Shown piece by piece: positions 12,040 through 23,430 of a stretch of 64,000 nucleotides of DNA; position 1 is the stretch's first letter, and each line of letters opens with the position of its first letter. The DNA comes from Narcine bancroftii. Taxonomy: Eukaryota. The translations under genes and the position numbers were made by a program. Under the pieces are notes generated by a model that did not search any database, was not told where the DNA came from, and saw only the letters and a program-made list of their open reading frames with translations. The stretch spans positions 9,362,001 through 9,426,000 of the forward strand of contig NC_091469.1 of the NCBI RefSeq assembly GCF_036971445.1. The letters are read 5' to 3'.

Positions 12040-12430
12040 TTAAATATAGAAGAGCTTCATTGAACAGTACAGCACTAAAACAGGTCTTTTGTCCCACAAT
12101 ATCTATCAAATTGGTTCTTATCCATGTCCACACTCCATTCCCTGCATATTCATACATCTATCCAGAAGCCTCTTAAACATTGCTATTGAATCTGCTTCTC
12201 CTTGGTCCTTTGCTTGCACCTATCGCTCTATGTGTAAACATCTATAAGCCTCTGATGCCAAATTTGTCCAACTTCTCCCAACCACTTACACACTCTAAAC
12301 CAGGCAACATCCTGGTAAATCTCTTCTGCATCCTTTCCCAAACCTTCACCTCCTTCATGCAATGGGGTGACTCAAACTGCACACAGTACTCCAAGTTCAG
12401 TTGAACCAAGTTTTATATAGCGGCAACATT
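12040..12430 (-). mobile_element. CR1 3'-end remnant
   Basis: Reverse complement contains cttggttcaactgaacttggagtactgtgtgcagttt (LEYCVQF) and a CR1-type 3' tail. Confidence 0.6.
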
Positions 12431-13340
12431 ATTCTTGATCTTACACTTCAAAATCCTTCTGATCTTTGAAGTTTTCATTTTAATTAGGTTGTTAAGGTTC
12501 CCAGATCATTTGAGATTCCTGGAATTCAGGAAGGTGAATCCTCAGAAATATTACAAGCTGCCCAGGGGACAATCCAACATTTTGCACTGGAGCACTCTCC
12601 TCAGGTCTGCCCTTTCATCCACTGAGCTTCAGAAACAACAGCTGTTCAGATTGCACACCTACACAATCTCTGGAGCGAGGATGGTGTCTGCTCAATTAAA
12701 TGGATGCAACAAAATGACGACTTGAGATTACATTTCTGATCAAGATCTTCACCTGAAATGCAAATTCTGTTTCTCTTTCCATTGATATTGTCTGATCTGT
12801 TGAGTTTTTTTTCCAGCATTTCCTGTTTAATTAAATCCAGCATCTGTGGTTTGTTGATTTTCATTTATAATTTAAACACCCTGAATTTTTTTCTTCTCAT
12901 TAAAGTCATGTTTTTAAGATGGTGTTTATTAAACCAGTGTCTACTTTAAAAGTTTCATGGGAAGATGGTCAAGATTGATGCTTTAATCTATAATATTCTC
13001 ATTGTTCATGGGAAGAGCTAAGAAGCAGAATTTTACATCACAGCATCTGACCATTCAGCTTAGCAGGACTATTCTAGTTTTTAGCCTCACATAAACCTCT
13101 TGCTGTACAACTAATTCTTACAACTGTCTGAATGGCAGGAAATTTAAAACATACATCAGAAATATTTGTAGAAAATGCAATCTTTTTTTTAAAAAACAGA
13201 TGCAAAGGCAACCTCAGGGCAAATGTAAGCTCATATTTTATAAGCCTTTCAAACTTCTCAGATTGCTTGCAAGTTTTTACTATGAAGAAGGTACATTTCC
13301 CAATAATTGTTACCACCTGCGAGAGAGAAGATTGAACAGG

Positions 13341-14870
13341 AAAGTCTGGAGATGCTGGCACTGTAGGGCATTGCACAAAAGTTTTGGAGAAATTTCAGCA
13401 GGTCATGTAGCATTCATAGGAAGCAAATGATCAACTTTTCAGGCCTGAGTCCCTCATCAAGGACTGAGCAAATCCCAGGTGCCCGAATAAAAAAATGGGG
13501 AAAGGAAGTAGGGAGAAAAGCACAGGTCACAGGAGGATATGGGTAGGAGGACAGGAGAAAAAAGCAGAGATGATGGGGAGAGGGAAGGTGTAGGAAAGAG
13601 AGAGAGAAAACTAATGGAAACTGGAAAAGTTGAAACTCTGCAGACATTTTCTAAAACCCACCATTTCCTACAGTTACCTCAACTTCCACACCTTGTCCCC
13701 TATAATGATTCTATCCCTTTCCCTTCACATCTGCTTCCAGGATAAGCTCATCCATTCCAGAACAGCTGAGATGTTCTTCTTCATAAAACACGACTTCCTC
13801 TCCGTTTCCCATACATCTGCCCTGTCCCCTCTGCCATGAGTTGCAACAAGTCACTACCTCTCCACCAGTGTCTGCATCAAACAGATTATCCTCCACAATT
13901 TTGCCACCTACAATGTGATCACACCACCAGACAAATCTTCCCCTCTCTTCTTTACTCCACTTTCCACAGGAACCACTCCATGACTCCCTTGTCCATACAT
14001 TTCTTCCTACTAATCACCCCTCAATACCTAGTCATGTAACTGCAGTAAATGCAACACTTGCACCTCCACTTCCTCATTCACCCAAACAGTCCTTCAAAGT
14101 GAAGCAACACTAGTTGTGAATCTTCAGGGGTCATCTACTGCATTCCCATTGTTCCTGTTATGGCCTCGTCTACATCAAAGAAACTGAATGCAGATTGGCT
14201 GATCATTTCTCTCAGCAGCTGCAAGGATGTGGACCTTTAATTTCACACCCCATTCCCACAGACATTTCTGTTTCCTGATCTCATGCACTGCCAAACCAAG
14301 GCCACAGGCAAATTGAGGAACAACACCTCATTTCATCTCAATTGGATGGCATTCATATCAACATCTGTTTTCTGTTAAGTCTCTCCCTCTCTCTTTCTCT
14401 CCCTTTCCTCTGTCTCTTTTCAAACCCCTTCAACCCTTCACTCTCCATTCAGAGAGCTACTTCCCTACCCCTTTCATTTCTCACCATTTTTTCTTTTCTT
14501 CCCCAAGATTCCCCTATTACCTCTTGCCATTTTCTCTGTTCTGCCTCCAGATTCCCCTTTCATCTCTTGCCTGTTGGCCTCTGCTCCAGTCCCTTTATTG
14601 AGATTAATGTGAAAAGTGTGATATTTCAATAAAGTGTCACAACCTGAAATGCTGACTGACCATTTCTCCCCACCAATGCCGCCTGATCCATTGAGTTCTT
14701 GCAACAATTCTTTGCCCAAAATCGCAGCATCTGAAGTCTTTGTGTGACTTTTCCCTGAATCTGATGAAGAGTCCACAGTTTGAAACATTAGCTGTTCCTC
14801 TCTCCACCTGACCTGCTGGAGGTTACCACCATTTTCTGTCTTCATCACAAACTTCCAGTGTCTGCAGTTT
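13341..14870 (+). mobile_element. 5'-truncated Penelope-like element: inverted pLTR, RT C-terminus plus GIY-YIG remnant, two tandem 3' pLTRs
   Basis: DIFxKPT...SYL-like RT thumb at about 13640; GVIYCI...GLVYIKET GIY-YIG remnant at about 14125-14190; CT-rich tract; pLTRs at 13341-13470 (inverted), 14625-14740 and 14755-14870. Confidence 0.8.
14756..14794 (+). ncRNA. Degenerate minimal type I hammerhead-ribozyme motif in a Penelope pLTR
   Basis: CTGATGA-AGAGTCCACAGTTT-GAAACATT; the core boxes are intact, but the stems and the ACGT palindrome are decayed. Confidence 0.5.
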
Positions 14871-15345
14871 TCAAACAAGGGTGGTGGAGGGGGGGTACAT
14901 TCTGAGTGCAGAAGCTGGGGTTTAGAAACTATTGGAAACTGCTCCACCAGGATAGAAGGTCAGATGAAAGGCACTGCCACCCTCACAGCCTCTCCCAGCA
15001 AATTCCTGTGGAAACCTTAGAGAGCTATCACCCTCAACTAGCTTGTTAAGCCTCCCTAAACATTACCTGAAATAATCACTATTTTAACCATTTGGTTTTA
15101 TTCAGAATTGCACTGTTAATTCATAAAATTAACTAGAGTAGAAATTTCCAGAACCAGCCAACTGTTGCTACAAGTGAAGATTCAGACATGTGTTCAGAAT
15201 TGAGCATTTCAAAGCTTTAGCTATTCATCTTCTGTCTCATTTGCCTCAGAAAAATTCAGAACACTCTCCAATGAAAAGATAACAAACTTTTGAATAAATC
15301 AACAAATAATGTAGTAATGATGCAACTTTCCATTCAGTCAAATGC

Positions 15346-15432
15346 AGTATAGGTGCCTACCCAATTATCCGGGATCATCAGGACCAGACACCTGCTATTG
15401 TTCGGAATCTTCCAGATTTCAGAATAATTTTA
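15346..15432. mobile_element. End of a Tc1/mariner (Tigger-like) MITE, interrupted by CR1
   Basis: TA followed by taggtgcctacccaattatccgg, a TIR-like start resembling the start at 20877. Confidence 0.35.
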
Positions 15433-15439
15433 AAATGGC

Positions 15440-16440
15440 AGTCCTTTTAAGCTTATCTGCCTGAGTTGCACTGCCATCTCTCCCTCCTCTCCCCCCCCCC
15501 CCCCCTTACTAGCACATGGCACAGACAGCCATCCTGAGATTTTCACCCTTGATGTCCTGCTTTTCAACTTCTTCCCTAATTCTCTGCAATCCCTTTTTGA
15601 GGACATCATTCCCATTTTTAACTATGTCATTGGTCCCCACATGGGCCAAAACTTCTGGCTGCTCTCCCTCCAGAATACTGTGGACTCCAGTAGAGACATC
15701 CTTATCCCTGGCACCTGTGAGGCAACATACCAACCAGGATCCCTGATCTCATTCAGCAAACCTCCTATCTGCTCCCCTAACCAGCAAGTCCCCAACTACA
15801 AGAGCCTTACTCTTTTCCCTCCTTCCCTTCTGAGCCAAGGGTCCAGCCCCTGTGACAAGAGACCTGATGTCCATGACTTGTCTCTGTAGATCATCCCTCC
15901 CAACACTATCCAGAACAGTATAATTATTGTTTAGGGGAAAACAGCAACAGGAGTACTCTACACTGCCTGTCTCCCCACTTTCCCTTTCTTCACAATCATC
16001 CATTTCCAATTCCTGACTCTTGGCAGTTCATCCAGCTGCAACTCCAGTTTCCTAACCCAATCTTCCATGAATTACAACTGGATGCACTTCTGCAGGTGTA
16101 ATCATCAGGAATATCTGTGCAGTCCCTGACCTCCCACATTCTGCAATCAATGCACTCAACTGCTCTTACTACCTCAATTACCTGCTCTTCAATTTAAATT
16201 AGAGTAATGTAGATAAACTTAAAAAGACTTACCAAACCTTACTTCAGCTTCTGCTCATTGAAGCCTCTCAAACCAAAGCCTTGAAGTTCCACTCCTTCAC
16301 TGGGCCACACCTTTAGCAAGCCCTCCTTTTTATTGGTCCCTGCTAATTTACTTAATTACCCAATTAATCCCTCCCACAATCATAAATTACCAGCAGTCAC
16401 CAAACTCTTATGGTTGAAGTGCCAAGTGAACAGCAAGGTA
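15440..16440 (-). mobile_element. CR1 LINE 5' region with ORF1 (zinc finger plus SGNH esterase), frameshifted
   Basis: AVECIDCRMWEV...YTCRKCIQL-like zinc finger; ALVVGDLLVRGADRRF; MVCCLTGARDKDVS...PEVLAHVGTNDI. Confidence 0.85.
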
Positions 16441-17290
16441 AGTTATCCTTCTGTTTTTAACTTCTACCATCTGACCAACATTATGCATCTGGACACTAGG
16501 GCCCCCACCTGACTTTCAAAATCACCAGGGAAAATTTAATAAATAAACAAATTGACCCTTAAAATTAATTAAATAAGTAAATACCAATAAATAAATATCA
16601 AATGTCTTTCATTAGTTTCTTATAAATTTTTGTAATAGATTCTTAAATATTAAAATTAGTCTTTCACTATTTTAAACAGAAATTTAGAATGTATAGAAAG
16701 AGATCCTTTTAAGGGTAAAAGTTCACTCTTGTGTAAACTTAATTTATATCCAGAAAATTGTCCAAACTGAGTGAACATAGAAACCTCAGCATTTGAAATA
16801 AAAACCAGTAAATTGTCCCCATAGACAGATACTTCATGTTTAATTTAATTTCTGATTAATCCTTTAAATTCTCTACATTGTTGAAGGGTTACTACTAATG
16901 GTTCTAGTATTATATCAAAGAGTAAAGGAATTGATGGACATCCTTGTCAAGTTCCCCTAAATAGCCTAAACATTTTCAACTGTTGTAGATTAGAACAAAT
17001 TGAAGCCATAGGATGCAAGTAAAATATTTCAATCCAATTAATAAAATCTGGAGCAAAATTAAATTTATTTAAAATAGCAAATAAATATTTTCATTCCACT
17101 CAGACAAACACTTTTTCTCAGGATGAAATTTCTACAGCTATCTCCTCTTTGCAGTCTGGTAAATTTCCAGGTCCAGTGGAATTCCTGCAGAGTTTTATAA
17201 TTTTTTTTATAAAATGGCTTGTGCATCATCTAAACCCTGTATTTGAAGATTTGTTTAAAGAAGGTATACTTCCCTCATCTTTTTTGAGGT

Positions 17291-17452
17291 TGTAGCAGGC
17301 GCACAGCACGGTAATGCGAACTGCCACCGTCAGTTGACAGACTGTTCACTAACGAGCTCATTAACAGACAGGGAATAAAAGGTCCGTGTATGTCTGCAAT
17401 AAACCAGTCTTGAGTTGAATACCTTTGTGTGTGTTTGCCTTTATTTAGTAGC
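17291..17452 (+). mobile_element. Short LTR-like element inserted in the L1
   Basis: TGTAGCAG start, AATAAA followed by a GT-rich U5-like tract, ends ...AGTAGCA. Confidence 0.55.
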
Positions 17453-17462
17453 ATTTTTTTTG

Positions 17463-19152
17463 GGGGGGGAAGCATCCGAGGCACTCTAGTATTTGCCAAA
17501 GCCCTTTCCTGCTCACGGTGTCAAAGGCTTTGGTGAGGTCAACAAAGGCGACGAAGAGTCCTTTGTTTTGTTCTCTGCACTTTTTTTGGAGCTGTCTGAG
17601 GGCAAAGACCATGTCAGTAGTTCCTTTGTTTGCGCGAAACCCGCACTGTGATTCTGGGAGGACATTTTCGGTGACACTAGGTATTAGTCTATTAAGGAGA
17701 ATCCTAGCGAAGATTTTGCCTACAATGGAGAGCAGCGTGATTCTCCTGTAGTTTGAGCAGTCTGATTTCTCGCCTTTGTTTTTGTACAGGTTGATGATGA
17801 TGGCATCACGAAGGTCCTGAGGCAGCTTTCCTTGGTCCCAGCAGAGCATGAAAAACTCATGCAGTTTGGTATGCAGAGCTTTGCCGCCAGCCTTCCAGAC
17901 CTCTGGGGGGGATTCCATCCATACCTGCTGCTTTGCCACTTTTCAGTTGTTCAATTGCCTTATATGTCTCTTCCCGGGTAAGGACCTCATCCAGCTCTAG
18001 CCTCAAGGATTGTTGAGGGAGCTGGAGCAGGGCGGATTCTTGGACTGAGCGGTTGGCACTGAAAAGGGATTGGAAGTGTTCTGACCATTGATTGGGGATG
18101 GAGATCTTGTCGCTGAGGAGGACTTCGCCGTCTGAGCTGCGCAGAGGGCTTTGGACTTGGGGTGAGGGGCTGTACACAGCCTTTAGTGTCTCATAAAAAC
18201 CCCCTGAAGTCGCCAATGTCGGTGCTAAGCTGGGTTCGTTTGGCGAGGCTAGTCCACCACTCATTTTGGATCTCCCGGAGTTTGCGCTGAAGGTGGCTGC
18301 ATGCGTGACGGAAGGCTCGTTTTTCCTCTGGCCAGGAAGGCTTTGCAAGGTGAGCCTGGTGGGCAGATTGCCTCTTTGCCAGCAGCTCCTATATTTCCTG
18401 GATGTTTTCGTCAAACCAGTCCTTGTTTTTCCTGGAAGAGAAGCCCAGTACCTCTTCAGTGGATTGCAGTATGGCCGTTTTCAGCTGATCCCAGAGAGTT
18501 TCAGGAGACGTGTCTGTGAGGCAATTTGCATCCTCGAGCTTTGCTTGGAGGTTTGCCTGGAAGTTTCCTCTCACTATGTCTGACTGCAAGTTTCCAACAT
18601 TGAACCTCTTTCTGGGGGCTCCACTTTTCTTGAACTTTGGCTTGAAGTGAAGGTTGAACTTGTAGCGAACAAGCCGGTGGTCAGTGTGGCATTCCGCGCT
18701 GGGCATGACCCTGGTGTGGAGCACATCTCGTTTGTCTCTTCCTCGCACCAGAACGTAGTCCAGGAAGTGCCAGTGTTTGGATCGGAGATTCATCCAGGTA
18801 GTCTTCAGGCTGTCTCTCCGCTGGAAAAGGGTGTTAGTAATGACAAGCCGCTGTTCTGCACAGAGTTCCAACAGGAGGCACCCATTGTCATTGCACTTGC
18901 CGACAACATACTTGCCAAGGATTCCTGGCCAGGTTTCTGAGTCTTTGCTGACGTGAGAGTTGAAGTCGCCAAGGATGACAACTTTGTCAGCTGTAGGGGT
19001 GCGTTGGATGAGGTTGCGCAGGTCAGTGTAGAACTTGTCCTTTTCTGCTGGTTCCGCCTGAAGGGTTGGAGCGTAGACACTGATGAGGGTGATGCGACGC
19101 TTGTTTTGAAGGGGGAGTCGCATGGACATGATCCGGTCAGTAGCTGCTTCAA
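17463..19152 (-). mobile_element. Internal RTE LINE fragment: APE endonuclease plus RT N-terminal half, with frameshifts
   Basis: ITLISVYAPT, VILGDFNSHV, WHFLDYVLVR, HTDHRLV; SNYRRITLLSIVGKIFAR, PESQCGFR, FVDLTKAFDTVSR. Confidence 0.92.
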
Positions 19153-19958
19153 GGCTATAATTCTTATTTTGAAAAAGGAAAAAAAGCAACAGAATGTGCC
19201 TCTTATAGACCAATTTCATTACTTAATGTTAATACGAAGATTTTATCTAAAGTGTTAGCGTATGGATTAGAAAATATTTTACTGACATTTATTAACTCTG
19301 ACCAGACAGGTTTTATTAAAAACCGCTATTCCTGCTATAACATATTTTCTTTCTACCCATGCAATTGAATGTGTTATTTTTCTATCTTAACAGTGTAGGG
19401 TGACTATCTCATTGGTGTAGTCTGCAGAGTCTCGCTAGGATGATTGGTGCGAATGGACTAAGAGGCCACAAACCGAAACTTTGGATGGCATTGAAGTGCA
19501 CCTTGAGCATGAACCCCATCGCTGATTGGCTGATTCCAGGAGCACTGTGGTGCCTCGTTCGTGGTCGATCTGGTACCATTGCCATGATCCTGAGAAAGAA
19601 CCCAAGAGTGAAGACAAGGTTAGAAGGATAAGCATAGAATTCTAATCATAGAAAAGCCTGGGAAATCTTTCTGTGAAAATCATTTTGGAATTGATTAGAT
19701 TTGGCTACATCTGTTAGTCAGGGACATTTTATTGTTGAACTCAGATGCTAGTAAGATTAAAAACAGTCTGAAAATCATTTAGGAAATCAGGGTTTGGAAA
19801 TTGGACAGGCTATGGACAAAAGCAATATGGGCACCCCAGTATAGCAAATGTGTTATCTGCATCTGAACCATGGTAAAGACTGTCTTCACTTGCCAGCTGG
19901 TTAAACGAAGAGATGAGCAAATGAGAACCTGGTAAATTAAGAGTATGAATTTATTTGG

Positions 19959-21072
19959 GCATTTTTTGTTGAGTATTAAACATTATTTTAATGCTTAAAA
20001 AGCCTTCCCTTGTTGTTTGAAAGCTAGAAAAGGACTGGCTGGGAAAATTTAAATTTTTTTTTAATAGTAAACTGTGAGTATGAGACATAGTTGAAATGAT
20101 CCTCTGGTGAAGACAATGAAAAAGAACATACTTAGGGATCCCAATTAAATGTCTGGGATATTGACTTTGTTTGGTAACCATAATGATTGGCAGCTCCCAC
20201 TCTATCTATTGTCCCCTGTGCATTACATTTTTTTTAAAGATTCTGAAGTGAAACTTTTCTGCAGGAGTTACAGAAACTAATCCTGCTAAGTTATTTGGAT
20301 AAACTGGATATCCAACCAGAAGGTGCTAAGTGGAGGCTTGCAAGCATCACAAGTCCTGTAGTATGCATTACTCAATAGAGACGTTTATTGAAATAAAAAT
20401 TAAATGGGATATTTAAAGACCACAAATCCTTAAACTTGAAATAAGGAACATAGTATTCTGATAATATTCAGCATTCCAGCAACATCTACAGAATGTGAAA
20501 ATGAATGATTATTTCAGTGAAGAGTCATCATTATTTACAAAGGTTTGAAATAATGACAGAATAATTTGTATAAAGATTAAATTGGTAGATAAAGGAACAG
20601 TTAAACCATTTGGATGAAACCATGGATGACAAACAAGGAAACCTATTGACAAAGGAGAGAACATCAATGGGAAATATTTATAGGCAAGGTGAATAGACAT
20701 GAGAAGCAATGTTAACAGTAAGAATGCTAAGATGAATGTGAGATGCTATTCAATTATAAAACAGGTGAGAAAAAACTGAAGATAAAAAATGAATGAATGC
20801 AAAAAGAACAGGAATAAATGAACACAAAAACAATGAAGAATTTTGCTGAGGTGAAAGGAAACAGGAAGTAAATGCATACAGAACAGCGCCAAATACCCAA
20901 AATGGTTGGGACTGGGCCTATGTCGGATAAACTCTTTTTTTCGGAGAACTGGTTATTTTTAAAAACAGCCCAGTAGCAACATAAAATCTTTGTAAGTGTT
21001 TAAACAACAAACAAACAACAAGGGAAGGCTTTTTAAGCATTAAAATAATGTTTAATACTCAACAAAAAATGC
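19959..21072. repeat. Perfect 61-bp inverted repeat (arms 19959-20019 and 21012-21072)
   Basis: gcattttttgttgagtattaaacattattttaatgcttaaaaagccttcccttgttgtttg and its exact reverse complement. Confidence 0.9.
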
Positions 21073-21110
21073 TGGCCACTGCCAATAATCAAGACCTCCC
21101 CAATGAGGCC
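20877..21110. mobile_element. Probable Tc1/mariner-type non-autonomous DNA transposon fragment
   Basis: TACAG...aaatacccaaaatggttgggac...cggataa TIR-like start followed by an AT-rich body. Confidence 0.4.
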
Positions 21111-21157
21111 CCTACTGCTGCCACGAGTCCGAGGTCCCACTCGTGCCTGGGAGGCCA

Positions 21158-21439
21158 CGTAGTGGCCTCACCACCGGCCTACTGCAGGGGGCAACCTCTG
21201 TACCAGCAGGAGTGAAAGGGGACAGGACAACATCTGGCTGGCTGTCAATCAGTCAGCCTGAATGAATCAAGCCCCACCTGGTCGGGTGTCAATCACCCTC
21301 TGGGATATAAGCCTCCTGAGGCCTCACTCAGAGTTGCTGCAGCCACAGCCAGCCTGGCTCTGTGGAAGTCTTTGTGGATTAAAGCTGTTGTTCAGTCTTT
21401 ACCTTATGTGTGTCTGATTCTGGCTAACAGCTCACCACA
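21158..21439 (+). mobile_element. Solo LTR
   Basis: (C/T)GTAGTGG...ATATAAG TATA box...ATTAAA...GT-rich tract...CACCACA. Confidence 0.7.
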
Positions 21440-21784
21440 ACGCTCTCCTTGATGACTTTGGGACAAGGGATTCTTCTGACTGCTTGTGTCTGGGTGACTA
21501 TGGGACATAGTTTGAGAAGGACAGTTTGACAGAAAAGTCAATAGAGGAAGGTAAACAAGAAATGGAAAGAGGAGGGGAGGGAGTTACCTGAAATAAGGAC
21601 AATTGTCTCAGGGTGTAGATCAATTACAGCTGTGGATGCAGAGAGACAGAAAGGAATTCATAGCAGAGACAACAGATGTGTATATAAGACATCAATTAGC
21701 TCCAGAACTTCAGCAAACTGCAAAGAAATTCATATCTGAAACCAAATTATTCCACTAACCAAAAGTGTGTGTGGGTTTTTTTTT

Positions 21785-21995
21785 ATTTAGGCATATAGCA
21801 TGTGAACAATCCATTCTAACCCTAGAGCCCCATGCTGCCCTAAATCCCCAATTAACCTACAATCCCCATACATTTTGAAGGGAGGGAGAAAACCAGAGCA
21901 CCGGAAGTAACCCACACAGACATGGGGAGATGGTACAAACTCCTTACAAACAGCACCAGATTTGTAAAAGTGTTGCGCGAGCTGCTACACCAACT
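21785..21995 (-). mobile_element. V-SINE-like SINE
   Basis: ggagaaaaccagagcaccggaagtaacccacacagacatggggagatggtacaaactccttaca (reverse complement of the core). Confidence 0.75.
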
Positions 21996-22074
21996 GTGTT
22001 TATGCATGCGTGCATTTTATTAAATAAAATTGATAGGAAATGGAGGCCCCAAAATGGATTCTCACTTTTTTTCC

Positions 22075-23030
22075 CCAAAAAAATAGACTTTATTCACAAT
22101 AAATTATTTACAAAAGAAAAACTGTAGAGTTTGAACCCACCCTTACTTTCAAATGCATACAGTCTCATCATGGTACTTTGTTACATTCAATTCCATTTAC
22201 ACCATTACCACAACTATTGCATCTCATCACTTCTTTCCCATGTTGTTTGAGGGACTTCCCCTCAGTCTCAACCCCTCAATACTTGATAACAAGAAGACTC
22301 CAAATTGTGGCTCTTCTAACTGGGAGGGCTCCTCTCACTGTCAGCCAGCCCAATTCCTGGTGTTTGTTTGTGAGCCCTGGTGATAAGGCATTCCACCACA
22401 TGACCTGGACGGTCTGCTCAGGAAACCACCCCACAATGTCTATCAAGTCCTCATCTCTTTGTTTCTGCAGGGCATTCCATGCTGAGAACTGCATGATGAC
22501 CTTGTGCTCAAAAGTGTTGGTCTGGAGAAATTTTTCCAGGTAGTATAGGTGGTGTGGCAAAGCCCAGCTGACTGGGACATTATGTGGCAATGGGGCCAGG
22601 CCCACCCTTCACAACACATGTGACAGGTAGACGTCGGCACACAACAGCACTTGATGCCCTCATACTTTGTTTCCATGCACAGCCTAATCTAGCCATATGT
22701 GAAGATGGTCATCAGGATGAAGGCCACGTTAGGTGCACCCTTGGATCCATTTTCTGGTGCCTCATCCATAGTAACACTTCTGCCCCTTTCCATTTTGGAT
22801 ATCCATATGAACCAGAAAACAACTTTGGTGACCACCACGGCGGAGGTGCTGGGATGATACAGCAGTCCAAGAGCACCTTTCACCTGATCACCATGTTTTT
22901 CTTCATTATTGAGAGGAAGCGTTATGCCCTCAGACCTAATTTCTGGTGTATCTTTGCAATCCACTCTGACCAATTCTTATTGCATGCCTTGGTTCCTTCA
23001 AACCAGATCACCAAAACCTTCAGTTAACAC
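22075..23030 (-). mobile_element. Tx1-clade LINE ORF2 3' remnant with tail
   Basis: WALPHHLYYLEKF, DIVGWFPEQTVQVMWWNALSPGLTNKHQELGWLTVRGALPVR, VFWFIWISKME; AATAAA and tail at about 22090. Confidence 0.75.
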
Positions 23031-23430
23031 ATCTTACTGTAAAGGGAGTAGTGGACTGATCAGACCAGTGTTATGAAGCTTGGACCATTTTAATTTTGAC
23101 AGAGGACAGGACTGAACCTATTGCAGAGAATTTGACAACTGCTAGGAGCTGCAATAGCATTGGGCTACCACTAGGGAATTTTGACAGCTATCAAAGCATA
23201 GGAACTACGTGCTGGAAGTCCGTGGACTCGCAGAGAGAGCAAGCCTGGGGCTTTTAACTTTTCTCCAGCAATGGGGAGAGCTGAAGGCATGTGCTGGGCA
23301 ATTTAAAAAGCTCAGTGGATTGGTTTCAAAAAGGTTAGTCAGTGGATTGGACTGCAGGCAGTCAGACAGTCGACCTGACTGTGCATGCTCATCTGGCAGC
23401 AACAACAAGCCACATGTTGAGTTGTTTTAG

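Larger units (their letters stand above)
16560..19385 (-). mobile_element. Decayed L1 ORF2 with an inverted 5' part (16560-17118 minus; 17118-17290 and 19153-19385 plus)
   Basis: Plus: EISTAISSLQSGK.PGP...GILPSSFFE, then IILILKK...SYRPISLLNVNTKILSKVLA...DQTGFIKNR. Minus: EKVF..EW..LF...RGT.QGCP...PLLFDIILEPL. Confidence 0.8.
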
